DNA from: an uncultured Fibrobacteria bacterium
GTDB lineage: Bacteria; Fibrobacterota; Fibrobacteria; UBA11236
Assembly (NCBI GenBank): GCA_963716395.1
Contig: OY970309.1
Coordinates: 1,088,001 to 1,152,000 of the forward strand
Length of the DNA stretch: 64,000 nucleotides
Direction: 5' to 3'
Positions 41,564 to 51,235 of the stretch are shown here, piece after piece (within the stretch, counting starts at the first letter, position 1; each line of letters begins with the position of its first letter). The notes under the pieces are model-generated. The model worked only from the letters and a program-made list of their open reading frames with translations, did no database searches and had not been told where the DNA came from. The position numbers and the translations under genes were made by a program.

Positions 41564-43360
41564 ATGCTTTCTTCGGTTTTCAACAAACAGGAGTTGACGG
41601 CGACTTTTGACGCGCTTTCGTTGCAGGGCCAATCTTTGATCGAGGTTGCGCTTTTCAATCCGAGCACTTTGAAGTCGGAAGGCCGCGGCTTCTTCAATGA
41701 TTCCGATTTTTTGTGCGAAGCCGCCAACCCGCATCTCGGCCGCTTCAATTTCGGAATCACCCCCTTCGCCTATGCGCCGGATCGTCTGCCCTCGCGCAGC
41801 AGCTACAACCAATTCGACCGCTCCCTGATCGATCACAACACCGAAAGTAGCCGGGTACATTCCGCCACCCTTTCCTTCTGTTTTCGTCCCGACGCCTTGC
41901 GCGAGCTGGGCGCCGCACCGGACCCGCAGCAAGGCGTGGTGCAAATGGCTTATGCCGTCACCGGCATTTTGGAACGGTTGGGCCTGCATTCGTTTTCGCT
42001 GGAATACAACCCCACTACGTTGGTGGTGCGCTTTTTACCGCGCCTTTTGCAGAATCGGGCCGACGCCTTTCGTTCGCAATTGGGCCCTTGGACCCGATCG
42101 TTTCTGGAGCGGGTCGACAAGGAAATGACGCCGGCCGAACACAAGCAATTCACCTTGGCCGCGGCCGCGCTGGGTCAGGTTTTCGATCCCGTGCCGGGCC
42201 TGCCCGGCGTGTTCAACGACAACAAAGACCTAATTACCGTGTGGAGCCTGTCGCCGCCGCGCCCGGCCGAGGAAAGTTATTTCGACGAGCTGCTCGATCT
42301 TTGCCTGCGGCCGACCGACTCCCGGAAAAACGGGGTCGACGTATACGCTCCCGCCAACCTGCAGGGTTTGAGCCAGGGGTGGGACGACCGCGATGACGAA
42401 CCGATGCTGGGCGGCGTCGGCACCATGAAATCGACGCGGTCAGAAACCGCGCACGCCCCTGAGGCCCAAGCTTTCTCCGACCGCAAGCAACAGGAAGAAG
42501 TGCGCGAGTTGGCTGATGCTTTTCAGCACGCGGCGGAGGCTTGCTGGACTTGGCCGCTCTATAGCCAGGCTTTCTCGACCCGCTACCGCGGTTTGCAATG
42601 CGGCCAGGTCATGCTGATGCAAGCCGATCCCTTCGCCGGTGCTCTGGCCTTCGACTTTTTGTTGCAATGCGCCGAACCCTGGGCCAAGGAGGGCAAGGGC
42701 CAGGTGGTGGCCTTTACGAAAAAGAAATCGGCCGGCGATCTGGCGCTGGCGGCGTTGGCCCGCCAGTATAAAACCCATCCGCTTTCCGAGGCCAGCCAGG
42801 CTGGCCGCAACGCCGCGGAATGGGCGCGCAATTATGCCGGCCTGTTCACCGACGCGCCCATCTTTCCCGTCTGCGCTCCCAACGAAAGCCTGGAAAGCCT
42901 GTTCAATTATCTGGATCACGATTTTCAATTGCGTCATCGGCGCAAAGGCGGCGATGCGCCGCCCGTCGCAATTCTGGTCGACGACTTGCATGGGTTTCGG
43001 CAGGGCGACGAAACCGAAACTTACCGCGGGCTGCTCCGCCTGCGGCAAAAGCTGCGCGATCTGAACGCGACCTTGTGGATTACGCAGCTCGTTCCCCAGG
43101 CGCAAATGCCGCAGTCCCGAAGTTTCCTGAGCCTGGCCGACTTTCACGCGCGTTTCGCCAGCGGCGGCGAGGTGGCGGCCAACGACTCCGGGGCCTGGGA
43201 AAAATCCTTCGCCCTGGATGCAGCGCTGCAAAAGGCGCTGCCCGATCTTGCGCTGGTGCGCATCGGCTTCGCGGCCCAAGGGTCGCATCGGCATTACCCC
43301 AGCGCTTACCTCTACCATCGCCCCACCTGCCTGTATAAGGAAATCGCCGTGCCATCCTAG
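41564..43360 (+). CDS. Hypothetical protein: primase-like N-terminus + degenerate DnaB/RecA-like ATPase domain
   Basis: GLQCGQVMLMQADPFAGAL (Walker A position without GKT), ILVDDLH (Walker B), LWITQL. Confidence 0.5.
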   Translation: MLSSVFNKQELTATFDALSLQGQSLIEVALFNPSTLKSEGRGFFNDSDFLCEAANPHLGRFNFGITPFAYAPDRLPSRSSYNQFDRSLIDHNTESSRVHSATLSFCFRPDALRELGAAPDPQQGVVQMAYAVTGILERLGLHSFSLEYNPTTLVVRFLPRLLQNRADAFRSQLGPWTRSFLERVDKEMTPAEHKQFTLAAAALGQVFDPVPGLPGVFNDNKDLITVWSLSPPRPAEESYFDELLDLCLRPTDSRKNGVDVYAPANLQGLSQGWDDRDDEPMLGGVGTMKSTRSETAHAPEAQAFSDRKQQEEVRELADAFQHAAEACWTWPLYSQAFSTRYRGLQCGQVMLMQADPFAGALAFDFLLQCAEPWAKEGKGQVVAFTKKKSAGDLALAALARQYKTHPLSEASQAGRNAAEWARNYAGLFTDAPIFPVCAPNESLESLFNYLDHDFQLRHRRKGGDAPPVAILVDDLHGFRQGDETETYRGLLRLRQKLRDLNATLWITQLVPQAQMPQSRSFLSLADFHARFASGGEVAANDSGAWEKSFALDAALQKALPDLALVRIGFAAQGSHRHYPSAYLYHRPTCLYKEIAVPS

Positions 43361-43403
43361 TTCCGCGCAGCGACGGCCAAACGGGGATGGGTATCTTTTC
43401 TCC

Positions 43404-44285
43404 ATGCGCCGCCAACTCGGCTTTTTGTTGCTCGAAGCCTTTCGCGGCCTGCGGGCGAACCGCTTTCTTTCCGTCACCTCGATCATCACCATCGGCATTT
43501 GCAGCGCGGTGCTGGCGGTGCTGCTGTGCGGCCTTTCGCTGGTTTGGTCGCTGGACGCGGCGCGCGGCGGAGCGGCCGTGTCGCTGCGTGTGTTCACCAA
43601 GCCCGATGCCGAAGACAGTGCCGGTCTGGCGCATTTGCAGGCGGAGCTGCTGCGCTTCGGCGGCTTCGATTCAGTGGTGTTCGTCAGCAAAGACCAAGCG
43701 CTGCTCGAATTCCGGCGCGAGTTCGGCGACGAGATGCTGCAATATCTCGACGCCAATCCCCTGCCGCCTTCGTATTTGCTGTACCCGTCCGAAAAACCGC
43801 TTTCCGCCGCGCGTGTGCGCGAACTGCGCCAGCGGATTCTGCTCTTCCCCGAAGTCGAAGAGGTTTCCGGCAACGCCGAGCATTTGCAATGGCTCGATCG
43901 CTGGCGGCTGCCGCTGCAAGCGGGCTCCTTTCTGCTGCTGGCGTTCGTGGGCGGCGCCCTGGCGCTGATCGTGCACAACGCCGTGAAGCTCAACCTGTAC
44001 GCGCGCCGGGCTCTGGTCGAAAACATGAAATATTGCGGTGCTTCCGAGGCGTTCATTCTCACGCCCTTCGTGCTCGAAGGCGTGCTGCTCGGTCTGGGCG
44101 GCAGTCTGCTGGGCGTGGTCTGCCTGATCGGCCTGTTGCATGCGGGGCGGCTTTTGGCGCCGGATTTGTTGCAGTCAACCCATACGGCTCGGTTGTCGGC
44201 GGCGCTGATGGGGGCCGCGGCCGGCATCGCCTTGTTGTCCAGCATGCGCACGGTGCGCGCCTTTTTGCGGGGAAACGCCGATTGA
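43404..44285 (+). CDS. ftsX: Cell division permease FtsX
   Basis: EAFRGL..N...S..SI.TI, FVSKDQAL, NPLP.S, MK..GAS..FI..PF.LEG. Confidence 0.9.
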   Translation: MRRQLGFLLLEAFRGLRANRFLSVTSIITIGICSAVLAVLLCGLSLVWSLDAARGGAAVSLRVFTKPDAEDSAGLAHLQAELLRFGGFDSVVFVSKDQALLEFRREFGDEMLQYLDANPLPPSYLLYPSEKPLSAARVRELRQRILLFPEVEEVSGNAEHLQWLDRWRLPLQAGSFLLLAFVGGALALIVHNAVKLNLYARRALVENMKYCGASEAFILTPFVLEGVLLGLGGSLLGVVCLIGLLHAGRLLAPDLLQSTHTARLSAALMGAAAGIALLSSMRTVRAFLRGNAD

Positions 44286-45433
44286 AGGGATTATGGCTCG
44301 TCGTCTTGCTCGGCATCGCCGGCAACCTGCGCGATTACGATCGCGAAATCACGCACCAACGCCAAGAACTCGACGCCCTGCGCAGCCAATTGGAGGCCGG
44401 GCAAAAAGAATTGGCTGCGCTCAAGGCGCGCAAATCGGCCACACTGGAAGAATTGGATCGCCTGTCGGGCCATATCGCCCTGACCCAACGCTACCTCCGG
44501 CAATTGCAGGTCCTGGAACAACAGTTGCAGCAATCCGTCGCGGCCACGCGGCAATCCCTCGACAGCATCGACCGCCGCCTGCAGTTGCGGCAGCGCGTCA
44601 TGGCGCAGCGCGTGCGCCTTCTCTTCATGGCGGGGCCGCCCGAAAACCTGTTGCTCGCGCCCCTGGGCGAAGGCGATTTCTTCCAGCGCGCCTACCTCGT
44701 GAAACGCATCGTGCGCTACGATCACACGCTGGCGGAACAGTGCCGCCGCGACCGCGATCTCAAACGGCAGACCCTGGCCCAGCTCGCGGCGCGGCGCGCC
44801 GAGTTGGTCCAATTCCAGCAGCGCCGGCGGAGCGAGATGGTGCGTTACACGCGCGCGCAGAACGACGAAGAGAACACCTTGCACGCACTGGAGCACAGCG
44901 AAAGCGCCAAGGCCGAGACCCTGCGGCAACTTCAGGAAAACGCGCGCGCGCTCAACGACATCATCGCCGCTCTGGAAAAGCGGCGGCGCGAAGAACGGCA
45001 ACGCAGCCGGCGCAAGGCCCTGGTGCTCGAGAAGAGCACGCATTATTGCGCGCCGGTGGACGGGCCGGTGGTATCGCGTTACGGCATGCAATACCACGCC
45101 TCTCTGGGCATCAGCACCCGCAACCTCGGCATCGAAATGGAGGCGGCGCCGGGCACGCCCGTGCGCGCCGCCGTTTCCGGAGAAGTGGCTTTGATTACGC
45201 GCATTCCCGGCTACGGTCCCGGTGTCATTCTCGACAACGGTTCGGGTTACTTCACCATCTACGCCAATCTCGGCGCCATCCGGGTGCGTCTCGGGGAGCG
45301 CGTCAAAACCTGCCAGGAAATCGCCGCGGTGGCGTCAGATGCCGCCAATGTTTATTTCGAAGTGCGACAAGGCACACGCACTTTGGATCCCACCGCCTGG
45401 CTGAAAGGCGAAGAGGAGAACGCTTCTAAATAG
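44282..45433 (+). CDS. envC: Murein hydrolase activator EnvC (coiled coil + degenerate M23)
   Basis: TTG start overlapping ftsX stop; long coiled coil; NLGIEM, YANL and YFEVR lack the Zn-binding His residues. Confidence 0.82.
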   Translation: MKGLWLVVLLGIAGNLRDYDREITHQRQELDALRSQLEAGQKELAALKARKSATLEELDRLSGHIALTQRYLRQLQVLEQQLQQSVAATRQSLDSIDRRLQLRQRVMAQRVRLLFMAGPPENLLLAPLGEGDFFQRAYLVKRIVRYDHTLAEQCRRDRDLKRQTLAQLAARRAELVQFQQRRRSEMVRYTRAQNDEENTLHALEHSESAKAETLRQLQENARALNDIIAALEKRRREERQRSRRKALVLEKSTHYCAPVDGPVVSRYGMQYHASLGISTRNLGIEMEAAPGTPVRAAVSGEVALITRIPGYGPGVILDNGSGYFTIYANLGAIRVRLGERVKTCQEIAAVASDAANVYFEVRQGTRTLDPTAWLKGEEENASK

Positions 45434-45528
45434 TGGAACTATTCGCGCAGACGCGAAACGGCAAACCGCATCCAGGCCTGGAAGCGGTTTGCCGGAAATA
45501 AAAAATCGCGCGCTGCGAAGTGCTTGAT

Positions 45529-46029
45529 TCAGGTAATGTGGCCGAAACCTTCGGCGAGAATCTCGATGCCATGCGCCATGCGCGCCAACCCCTTGAGAAT
45601 CTTCTGCTGCGCCTGCTTGGCGAAAACGGGCGCGGACGCCGCGGACCGCCCGCGCACCGCTTTGCCCGGCCGTTTGCCGACCGATTTTTTGGCGCGCGTG
45701 GATCCGGGTTTGGCCATTCCGGCTTTCTTCATCCATCCCCGCAAGGAGATATAAGAAATGCCGAATTTTTTCAGCGCCTGGCCCACGCTGCCGCGCTCGG
45801 GATTATCGTGGAGCCATTCCAGCACCTGGGACTTGAACTCGGGACTGTAGCGTGTGCCCGTGCTTTTCGCTTTCGCCGCGCGCTTCTTGGCGACTTTGGC
45901 AGCCGGCTTACCGGTCTTCTTCGCGACTTTTTTACCCCGGCCTTTTTTAGCGGCTGACTTGACGGCCGACGCCGCAGGCGGGGCGGCGTCGAATTCCATC
46001 GCCCCGTGGTTTTCTTGCATCGATTCCAT
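45529..46029 (-). CDS. Basic Lys/Ala-rich protein with central HTH domain
   Basis: KVAKK/AAK tracts flank RYSPEFKSQVL...SVGQALKKFGISYISLRGWMKK. Confidence 0.65.
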   Translation of the reverse strand: MESMQENHGAMEFDAAPPAASAVKSAAKKGRGKKVAKKTGKPAAKVAKKRAAKAKSTGTRYSPEFKSQVLEWLHDNPERGSVGQALKKFGISYISLRGWMKKAGMAKPGSTRAKKSVGKRPGKAVRGRSAASAPVFAKQAQQKILKGLARMAHGIEILAEGFGHIT

Positions 46030-46128
46030 GTGTTCGGGCTCCTTCCGGATGGATTACTTGTGCGGAACAGAACGGTATTCAATTCGTTGCTCGAATTATG
46101 AAATCCGATCTGAATAATGACAATCTAA

Positions 46129-47157
46129 TTATTCAATTTTCTTTTGCGCGGAGCCCCATAAAAAATAAACCGGAGCGCATAGGAACGCGATCAGAAACAC
46201 GATGGTGTGCACCAGCGCCGGAATCTCAATGCCCCCATGCGCTACCCCTACCGCGTGGTAAAGTAGCGCCCCGCCCGCTTCACCCACTCCCAAACCGGCC
46301 GGAGAAATGGGAATGCCGTTGAGTAACGTCAAAGTGGGCACGATGAAAGCATGCAGTTTGAAGGGCAGCGAAATTTCCAAGGCCTGGGCGCACAACGCGT
46401 ACACTCCTACCAGGCAGAGATGCACCAGCATGGAGATGCCGATCACGCTCCAGAACACGAGGGGCGCGTCGCGCAGGGCCACGAGGGAAGCCAGAAACCC
46501 TTTGAGAAAACTGCCGCGCGGATGCGCGCCGGGCTCGAGCGCGGCCCGGTGCAGCCAGGCGGGTTTCCACGGCGACAGATAGATGGACACGAAAATGGCC
46601 GACGCGAGCGAGACGCCGAGAAAGGTCACGATTTGGGTGCTGAGCATGCGCGACACTTCCCACAAATGGTGGTTGAGGATGTTGGTGACGGCGCCCAGCC
46701 ATAACAATCCGAGGAGACCGGCAAAACGATCGATCACGATGGTGCCCAGGGCCGCGGCGCCTTCGGCTTTGTCGCGGCCGCGCAACAGATAAAAACCTTT
46801 GATGATATCGCCGCCGTTACCGCCCGGCAACACGCCGTTGAAGAACAGCCCGATCATGTGCAACTTCAGCACGAAGCCCGCCGACACCTCGACCTTGGCT
46901 TCGCGCAGCAACCAGAACCAGCGCAGGAACGACAACCCTTCCAAGATAGGACCGTAGAGGCAGAAGGCCGCCGCATACCACCAGGGATGGCGGGTGATGG
47001 CCCGCGCCAGCAAATGCGGTTTCAAAGCGCCGGTGTGGATAAAGAAATAGATGGCGAAAACGCCCAAGCCGATGCGAATCCCTTGTCCCAGCCATTGATT
47101 CCGGAACAGCGATGGTTTTACGGGCGAAGACATGCAATTCGAAGAAGTGGAAGACAC
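46129..47157 (-). CDS. Lysylphosphatidylglycerol synthase TM-domain (UPF0104/flippase-like) protein
   Basis: RW..LL, IGLFFN.VLPG..GGD..K, DR..GL and PISPAGLGVGE; start may be 47133. Confidence 0.88.
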   Translation of the reverse strand: MSSTSSNCMSSPVKPSLFRNQWLGQGIRIGLGVFAIYFFIHTGALKPHLLARAITRHPWWYAAAFCLYGPILEGLSFLRWFWLLREAKVEVSAGFVLKLHMIGLFFNGVLPGGNGGDIIKGFYLLRGRDKAEGAAALGTIVIDRFAGLLGLLWLGAVTNILNHHLWEVSRMLSTQIVTFLGVSLASAIFVSIYLSPWKPAWLHRAALEPGAHPRGSFLKGFLASLVALRDAPLVFWSVIGISMLVHLCLVGVYALCAQALEISLPFKLHAFIVPTLTLLNGIPISPAGLGVGEAGGALLYHAVGVAHGGIEIPALVHTIVFLIAFLCAPVYFLWGSAQKKIE

Positions 47158-47217
47158 ATCAATGTTACAAAATGCTATCCGCGCCGACGACGCAGTCGCC
47201 GCGACGCGCTCCTTACG

Positions 47218-47865
47218 TTACTTCGAAGTCAACAGTTCGGTCGGGGCCGTCAGCGCCCGGCAAAACGAGAGGCGATGAAGAGGGCTCAGCCCGTGCCGTT
47301 GCAGCGCGCGGCGATGTGCAACGGTGCCGTAACCTTTATGGCGCGCGAATCCGTATTCGGGATAACGGCGATCCCATGCACACATGGCGCGATCGCGCGT
47401 GACCTTGGCCAATATCGAAGCGGCGGCGATGGCCGCCGAAAGCCCGTCGCCGCCGACGATGGGGAGTTGGGGCGCTTCCGCGCCCGGAACCATTTGGTTG
47501 CCGTCGACCAGCAGCAGCGCGGGACGAAGGCCCAGCGCCGACAGCGCGCGCCGCATGGCGAGAAAGGTGGCTTGCAGAATGTTGAGGCGATCGATTTCTT
47601 CGCAGCTCGCTTCGCCGATCCCGAAGGCCAGGGCCCGCTGTTGGATGACCGGAAACAGCGCCTCGCGCGCCGCGGCGCTCAGGCGTTTGGAATCGTCCAC
47701 GCCGGGAATGGGTTCCATGTCCGCGGCAAACGCCACACAGGCCGCCACCACGCTTCCGGCCAAAGGGCCGCGTCCGGCTTCGTCGATGCCCGCCAGCGCG
47801 CCCGAGGCCGGCCGCAAGGTGCAATCATGTTCCCACAGATTTCGCTCCGGCGCGCTGCGCTTCAT
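47218..47865 (-). CDS. rnhB: Ribonuclease HII
   Basis: GIDEAGRGPLAG, DSK.L, VDGN, IAAASILAKVTRD, HKGYGT and HR.SF. Confidence 0.96.
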   Translation of the reverse strand: MKRSAPERNLWEHDCTLRPASGALAGIDEAGRGPLAGSVVAACVAFAADMEPIPGVDDSKRLSAAAREALFPVIQQRALAFGIGEASCEEIDRLNILQATFLAMRRALSALGLRPALLLVDGNQMVPGAEAPQLPIVGGDGLSAAIAAASILAKVTRDRAMCAWDRRYPEYGFARHKGYGTVAHRRALQRHGLSPLHRLSFCRALTAPTELLTSK

Positions 47866-48545
47866 GGCGCCGGGGCATCCAAGGCGCGCATGCGCCGCAG
47901 CCAATCGGGATGGATGCGCACCGCCTCGCCGGGTTGCGAACTTTCGGTCGGCACCAGATCGCCGGCGGCGAAGGCCCGCAGCACGCGCCAGTAACTGGCA
48001 TGTTCCACCGCCACAACCATCCGGGCCAGGGCGTCAGCGTCGACGCCCCCAGGCACCGGCACCACCCGCTGCCACAGGATTTGTCCGGCGTCGTAAGCTT
48101 CATTCACCATGTGGATGGTGATTCCCGTGAACTGGCAGCCGCGCCGGATCACGGCTTCATGCACCCGGTGCCCGTAAAAGCCGGGTCCCCCGAAAGCGGG
48201 CAAAAGCGCCGGGTGAATGTTGACGACGCGGTTCGGCAGCCGGCGCAGCAAGGCTTCGGGAACTTTTTTCATGTATCCGGCCAGCACCAACAAATCCACG
48301 GGATGCCGTTCGATCAATTCCATCAATTTGGCGGCCACGCCGTCTTCGGAACCTTCGGTGCGTTCGCTGACGTGATAGGCCGGCGCGCCCGCCTGGCGGG
48401 CCCGATCCAGCGCCAAAGCCCGGCTGTTGTTTCCGGCGACGAAGGTCAATTGGGCCGGCAAGTCTCCGCTGCGTATGTGCTCGAGCAAAGCCTGCAAATT
48501 CGATCCGCCGCCTGAGGCCAATACAGCGAAGCGCACTGGATGCAT
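47862..48545 (-). CDS. purN: Phosphoribosylglycinamide formyltransferase
   Basis: ASGGGSNLQAL, LAGYM, NIHPALLP.FGG and YDAG.I. Confidence 0.96.
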   Translation of the reverse strand: MHPVRFAVLASGGGSNLQALLEHIRSGDLPAQLTFVAGNNSRALALDRARQAGAPAYHVSERTEGSEDGVAAKLMELIERHPVDLLVLAGYMKKVPEALLRRLPNRVVNIHPALLPAFGGPGFYGHRVHEAVIRRGCQFTGITIHMVNEAYDAGQILWQRVVPVPGGVDADALARMVVAVEHASYWRVLRAFAAGDLVPTESSQPGEAVRIHPDWLRRMRALDAPAP

Positions 48546-48599
48546 GCGGCAAAAGTATCTAAAAGCAGAATGGTTCCACGCTCGCCGGAGCGCGGCGAA

Positions 48600-49889
48600 T
48601 CAACGCGTGGTGTAGCGCTGCACCGTGGTTTTCTCGAACAACCCGATTTGGCCTTGCACGTTGAAGCGTAGGAGATCGCTCCCCACTTCGAAACGCAGGC
48701 GTTCGATGCCGGGCAAAAGCACGTGCAAGCCGACATAACCACTGCGGGCGAAGTCTCCGGGGGCCGGCGAATTGCCGTTCCACAAACTGGCGGCATCGAG
48801 GCCCGCCACGGCCTGCACGGCGTAGTTGAGGCTCCACCACTTCAGACTTTGCACCCTTTCGGTCACCAGGTCAAAACGGTATTCGGCGTTCAGCAAACAT
48901 TCGCTGCGCCCTTGAAACGAGTTCTCGGAAAAACCGCGCAAAGAATTGGCGCCGCCGGCGTGAAAATCGTCGTAGCGCCCTTCGCCGTCGGCCGGTCCGC
49001 GGCGAAATTGATACAGGCCGTCGACGACCAAGCCCTGCCGCGTCGACAGCGGAGCATAGGCGCGCACATCGATTAACTCTTCCCAATAATCCGCGGGACC
49101 GCCCAAGGCTCCGCCGTTTTCGGTGAGCCGGGTTTCGGCGAAAAACCCGCGTCGGGGCAGATAGGCCCGATCGCGCGTGTCAAAGCGCAGACCCGCGCCC
49201 AGCCGCGGCACCTCGTCGCCGCCGGAGCGCAAGGTGATGCCGTCGGCGCCGCGAATCCAATACCATTCGCCCAGCCACACGGCGCCGAAGTGTTCGGTCC
49301 AGGGCCAATACCCTTCGCACTTGATTCGATGGGAGTACTCGTGGAACGAATCGTAGGGATTGTAACTGTCGACATGTATCCAGGCGGCGTCGAATTCGAT
49401 GGGTCGGCCGAATAATTGCCGTCCCGAAACCGAGGCCTGGTATTCGGTGGTGCCGAGGAAGCGCGCCAGCAGGTCGACCTGTTTGGCGGTGCCGAGAAAA
49501 TTCAGGGCCAGCACATGCGGCCCGATGCTCCAGCCGTCTTGATCGGTTTTATCGACGGTGAGCAGCGGTACATAAGGCGGCAGTTCGACGAAGCGGTAGC
49601 GCAAAGCCACCGAGTCGCCGAAGGACCGGGCTTGCAGCGACACCGAGGCGAACACATCCAAATCTTTGAGGCGATTGCGTTCTTTCTCCCAATCGCGGCA
49701 GGAAAACTTTCGGCCCACGCGTTGCCGCAATTCCTGCAGCACGACACCCGGCCGCGTGATGCGCAGGCCTGCGAGCGACACCGAAGCCACGACGAGGCTG
49801 TCGGAGGCCGGGCATCCGGGCGCTTTGGCCACGGCCAGCCCCTGTATCAGGCAAACGCCGGCACACAAGGCGCGGCCCATTTTCGACAT
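48600..49889 (-). CDS. BamA/TamA (Omp85) family outer-membrane protein with single POTRA
   Basis: GL..T...V..EL POTRA; N.LG; DTRD...PRRG; GGANSLRGF. Confidence 0.82.
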   Translation of the reverse strand: MSKMGRALCAGVCLIQGLAVAKAPGCPASDSLVVASVSLAGLRITRPGVVLQELRQRVGRKFSCRDWEKERNRLKDLDVFASVSLQARSFGDSVALRYRFVELPPYVPLLTVDKTDQDGWSIGPHVLALNFLGTAKQVDLLARFLGTTEYQASVSGRQLFGRPIEFDAAWIHVDSYNPYDSFHEYSHRIKCEGYWPWTEHFGAVWLGEWYWIRGADGITLRSGGDEVPRLGAGLRFDTRDRAYLPRRGFFAETRLTENGGALGGPADYWEELIDVRAYAPLSTRQGLVVDGLYQFRRGPADGEGRYDDFHAGGANSLRGFSENSFQGRSECLLNAEYRFDLVTERVQSLKWWSLNYAVQAVAGLDAASLWNGNSPAPGDFARSGYVGLHVLLPGIERLRFEVGSDLLRFNVQGQIGLFEKTTVQRYTTR

Positions 49890-49966
49890 CGACGCTCCGG
49901 GGAACAATCCGCAAAAGGTGCTCATCCTGCGCAGGCCCTACAACCTTTGGCTGCTACTTTATCCCC

Positions 49967-51235
49967 ATGCCGCGTCCCGGTCCGCTTCGAGGTCTTTTCC
50001 TATGCCTGCTGGTGCAAACCGCCGGATGGGCCGACAAGCTCTTGCTTCCCATGGACCTCACCCAAACCAACCACCTCAAGGCCTACGGCCTCGCCTATTA
50101 CTCGCTGGCGCACGGACACAAGGTGGAATGGCTGCTCAATTACCGCGGCGGCAGTTTTTTGCTCGACGATGATCCCGACTTCGAGCGCGAAGCCGTGCGC
50201 CGCGACGTGCTTTTCGAAACCGTCGACCCCGAGGCCGAGGATCGCCTGCGCCATGAAATCGAAGTCTCGAACATGGAATCGGTGCCCCTGGAGAAAGCGC
50301 CACGCATCGCCGTATACACGCCGCTGACCCAGCAACCTTGGGACGATGCCGTCACCTTGGCGTTAACCTATGCCGAAATTCCCTATGACAAGATTTACGA
50401 TCGTGAAATTCTCGCGGGCCGGCTCTCCCATTACGACTGGCTGCATTTGCACCACGAAGACTTTACCGGGCAATACTCCAAGTTTTACGCCGCCTTTCGC
50501 GGCGCGCCCTGGTACATGCGCGAAGTCGCGGCCCAGCAGCAGCTCGCGCAGGAACTGGGATTTTCCAGCGACGCCGTTCTGAAAAAAGCCGTGGCCCTGG
50601 CTATTCGCAGCTATGTGGAGAAAGGCGGCTTTCTCTTCGCCATGTGCCTGGCCACCATCACCTTGGATATGGCCCTGGCCGCCGTCAAAACCGACGTGGT
50701 GGGCGTTCCCTTCGACGGCACGCCCCCGGATCCGAATTACCGGAAGAAGCTCGATTACAGTTTGTGCCTGGCCTTTACGGGGTTCACATACGATACCGAT
50801 CCCATGTCGCCCAGCTTCGGCGATCTCGACTATAACCAGGTCAACGCCGGACCGCTCCGGCGGCGGCCGGCCAATGATTTTTCCCTGTTCGCGTTCAGCC
50901 CCAAAATCGATCCTGTACCGTCCATGCTGGTGCAAGATCACACCGATTACGTCAAGGGGTTTTACGGCCTGGCCACTTCATTTCCCAAGTCGCTGATCAA
51001 ACCGTCGGTGACCATCCTCGGCGAAGAGGTGGGCCAGCCCGCCGTGCGTTACCTGCATGGTACCTTGGGCAAAGGGCAATTCACCTATTACGGCGGGCAC
51101 GACCCCGAAGACTATTCGCATGCCGTGGGCGACCCGCCCACCAATCTCGATCTGCACAAGAACTCGCCCGGGTACCGTCTCATTCTGAACAACGTGCTGT
51201 ATCCCGCGGCGCGGCAGAAAAAGAGAAAGACGTGA
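49967..51235 (+). CDS. Conserved GATase-like protein of the family commonly labelled 'asparagine synthetase B'; true function unknown
   Basis: PMD..QTNHLKAYG, YDWLHLHHEDFTGQY, GGHDPEDY and SPGYRLILNN. Confidence 0.7.
   Translation: MPRPGPLRGLFLCLLVQTAGWADKLLLPMDLTQTNHLKAYGLAYYSLAHGHKVEWLLNYRGGSFLLDDDPDFEREAVRRDVLFETVDPEAEDRLRHEIEVSNMESVPLEKAPRIAVYTPLTQQPWDDAVTLALTYAEIPYDKIYDREILAGRLSHYDWLHLHHEDFTGQYSKFYAAFRGAPWYMREVAAQQQLAQELGFSSDAVLKKAVALAIRSYVEKGGFLFAMCLATITLDMALAAVKTDVVGVPFDGTPPDPNYRKKLDYSLCLAFTGFTYDTDPMSPSFGDLDYNQVNAGPLRRRPANDFSLFAFSPKIDPVPSMLVQDHTDYVKGFYGLATSFPKSLIKPSVTILGEEVGQPAVRYLHGTLGKGQFTYYGGHDPEDYSHAVGDPPTNLDLHKNSPGYRLILNNVLYPAARQKKRKT

Noticed and set aside
42440-45433. Long alternative ORFs (42440..44251 minus; 43499 extension of envC)
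   Set aside because: High-GC shadow frames overlapping well-supported genes.
45529-46029. IS element
   Set aside because: HTH only; no catalytic transposase, terminal inverted repeats or target duplication seen.
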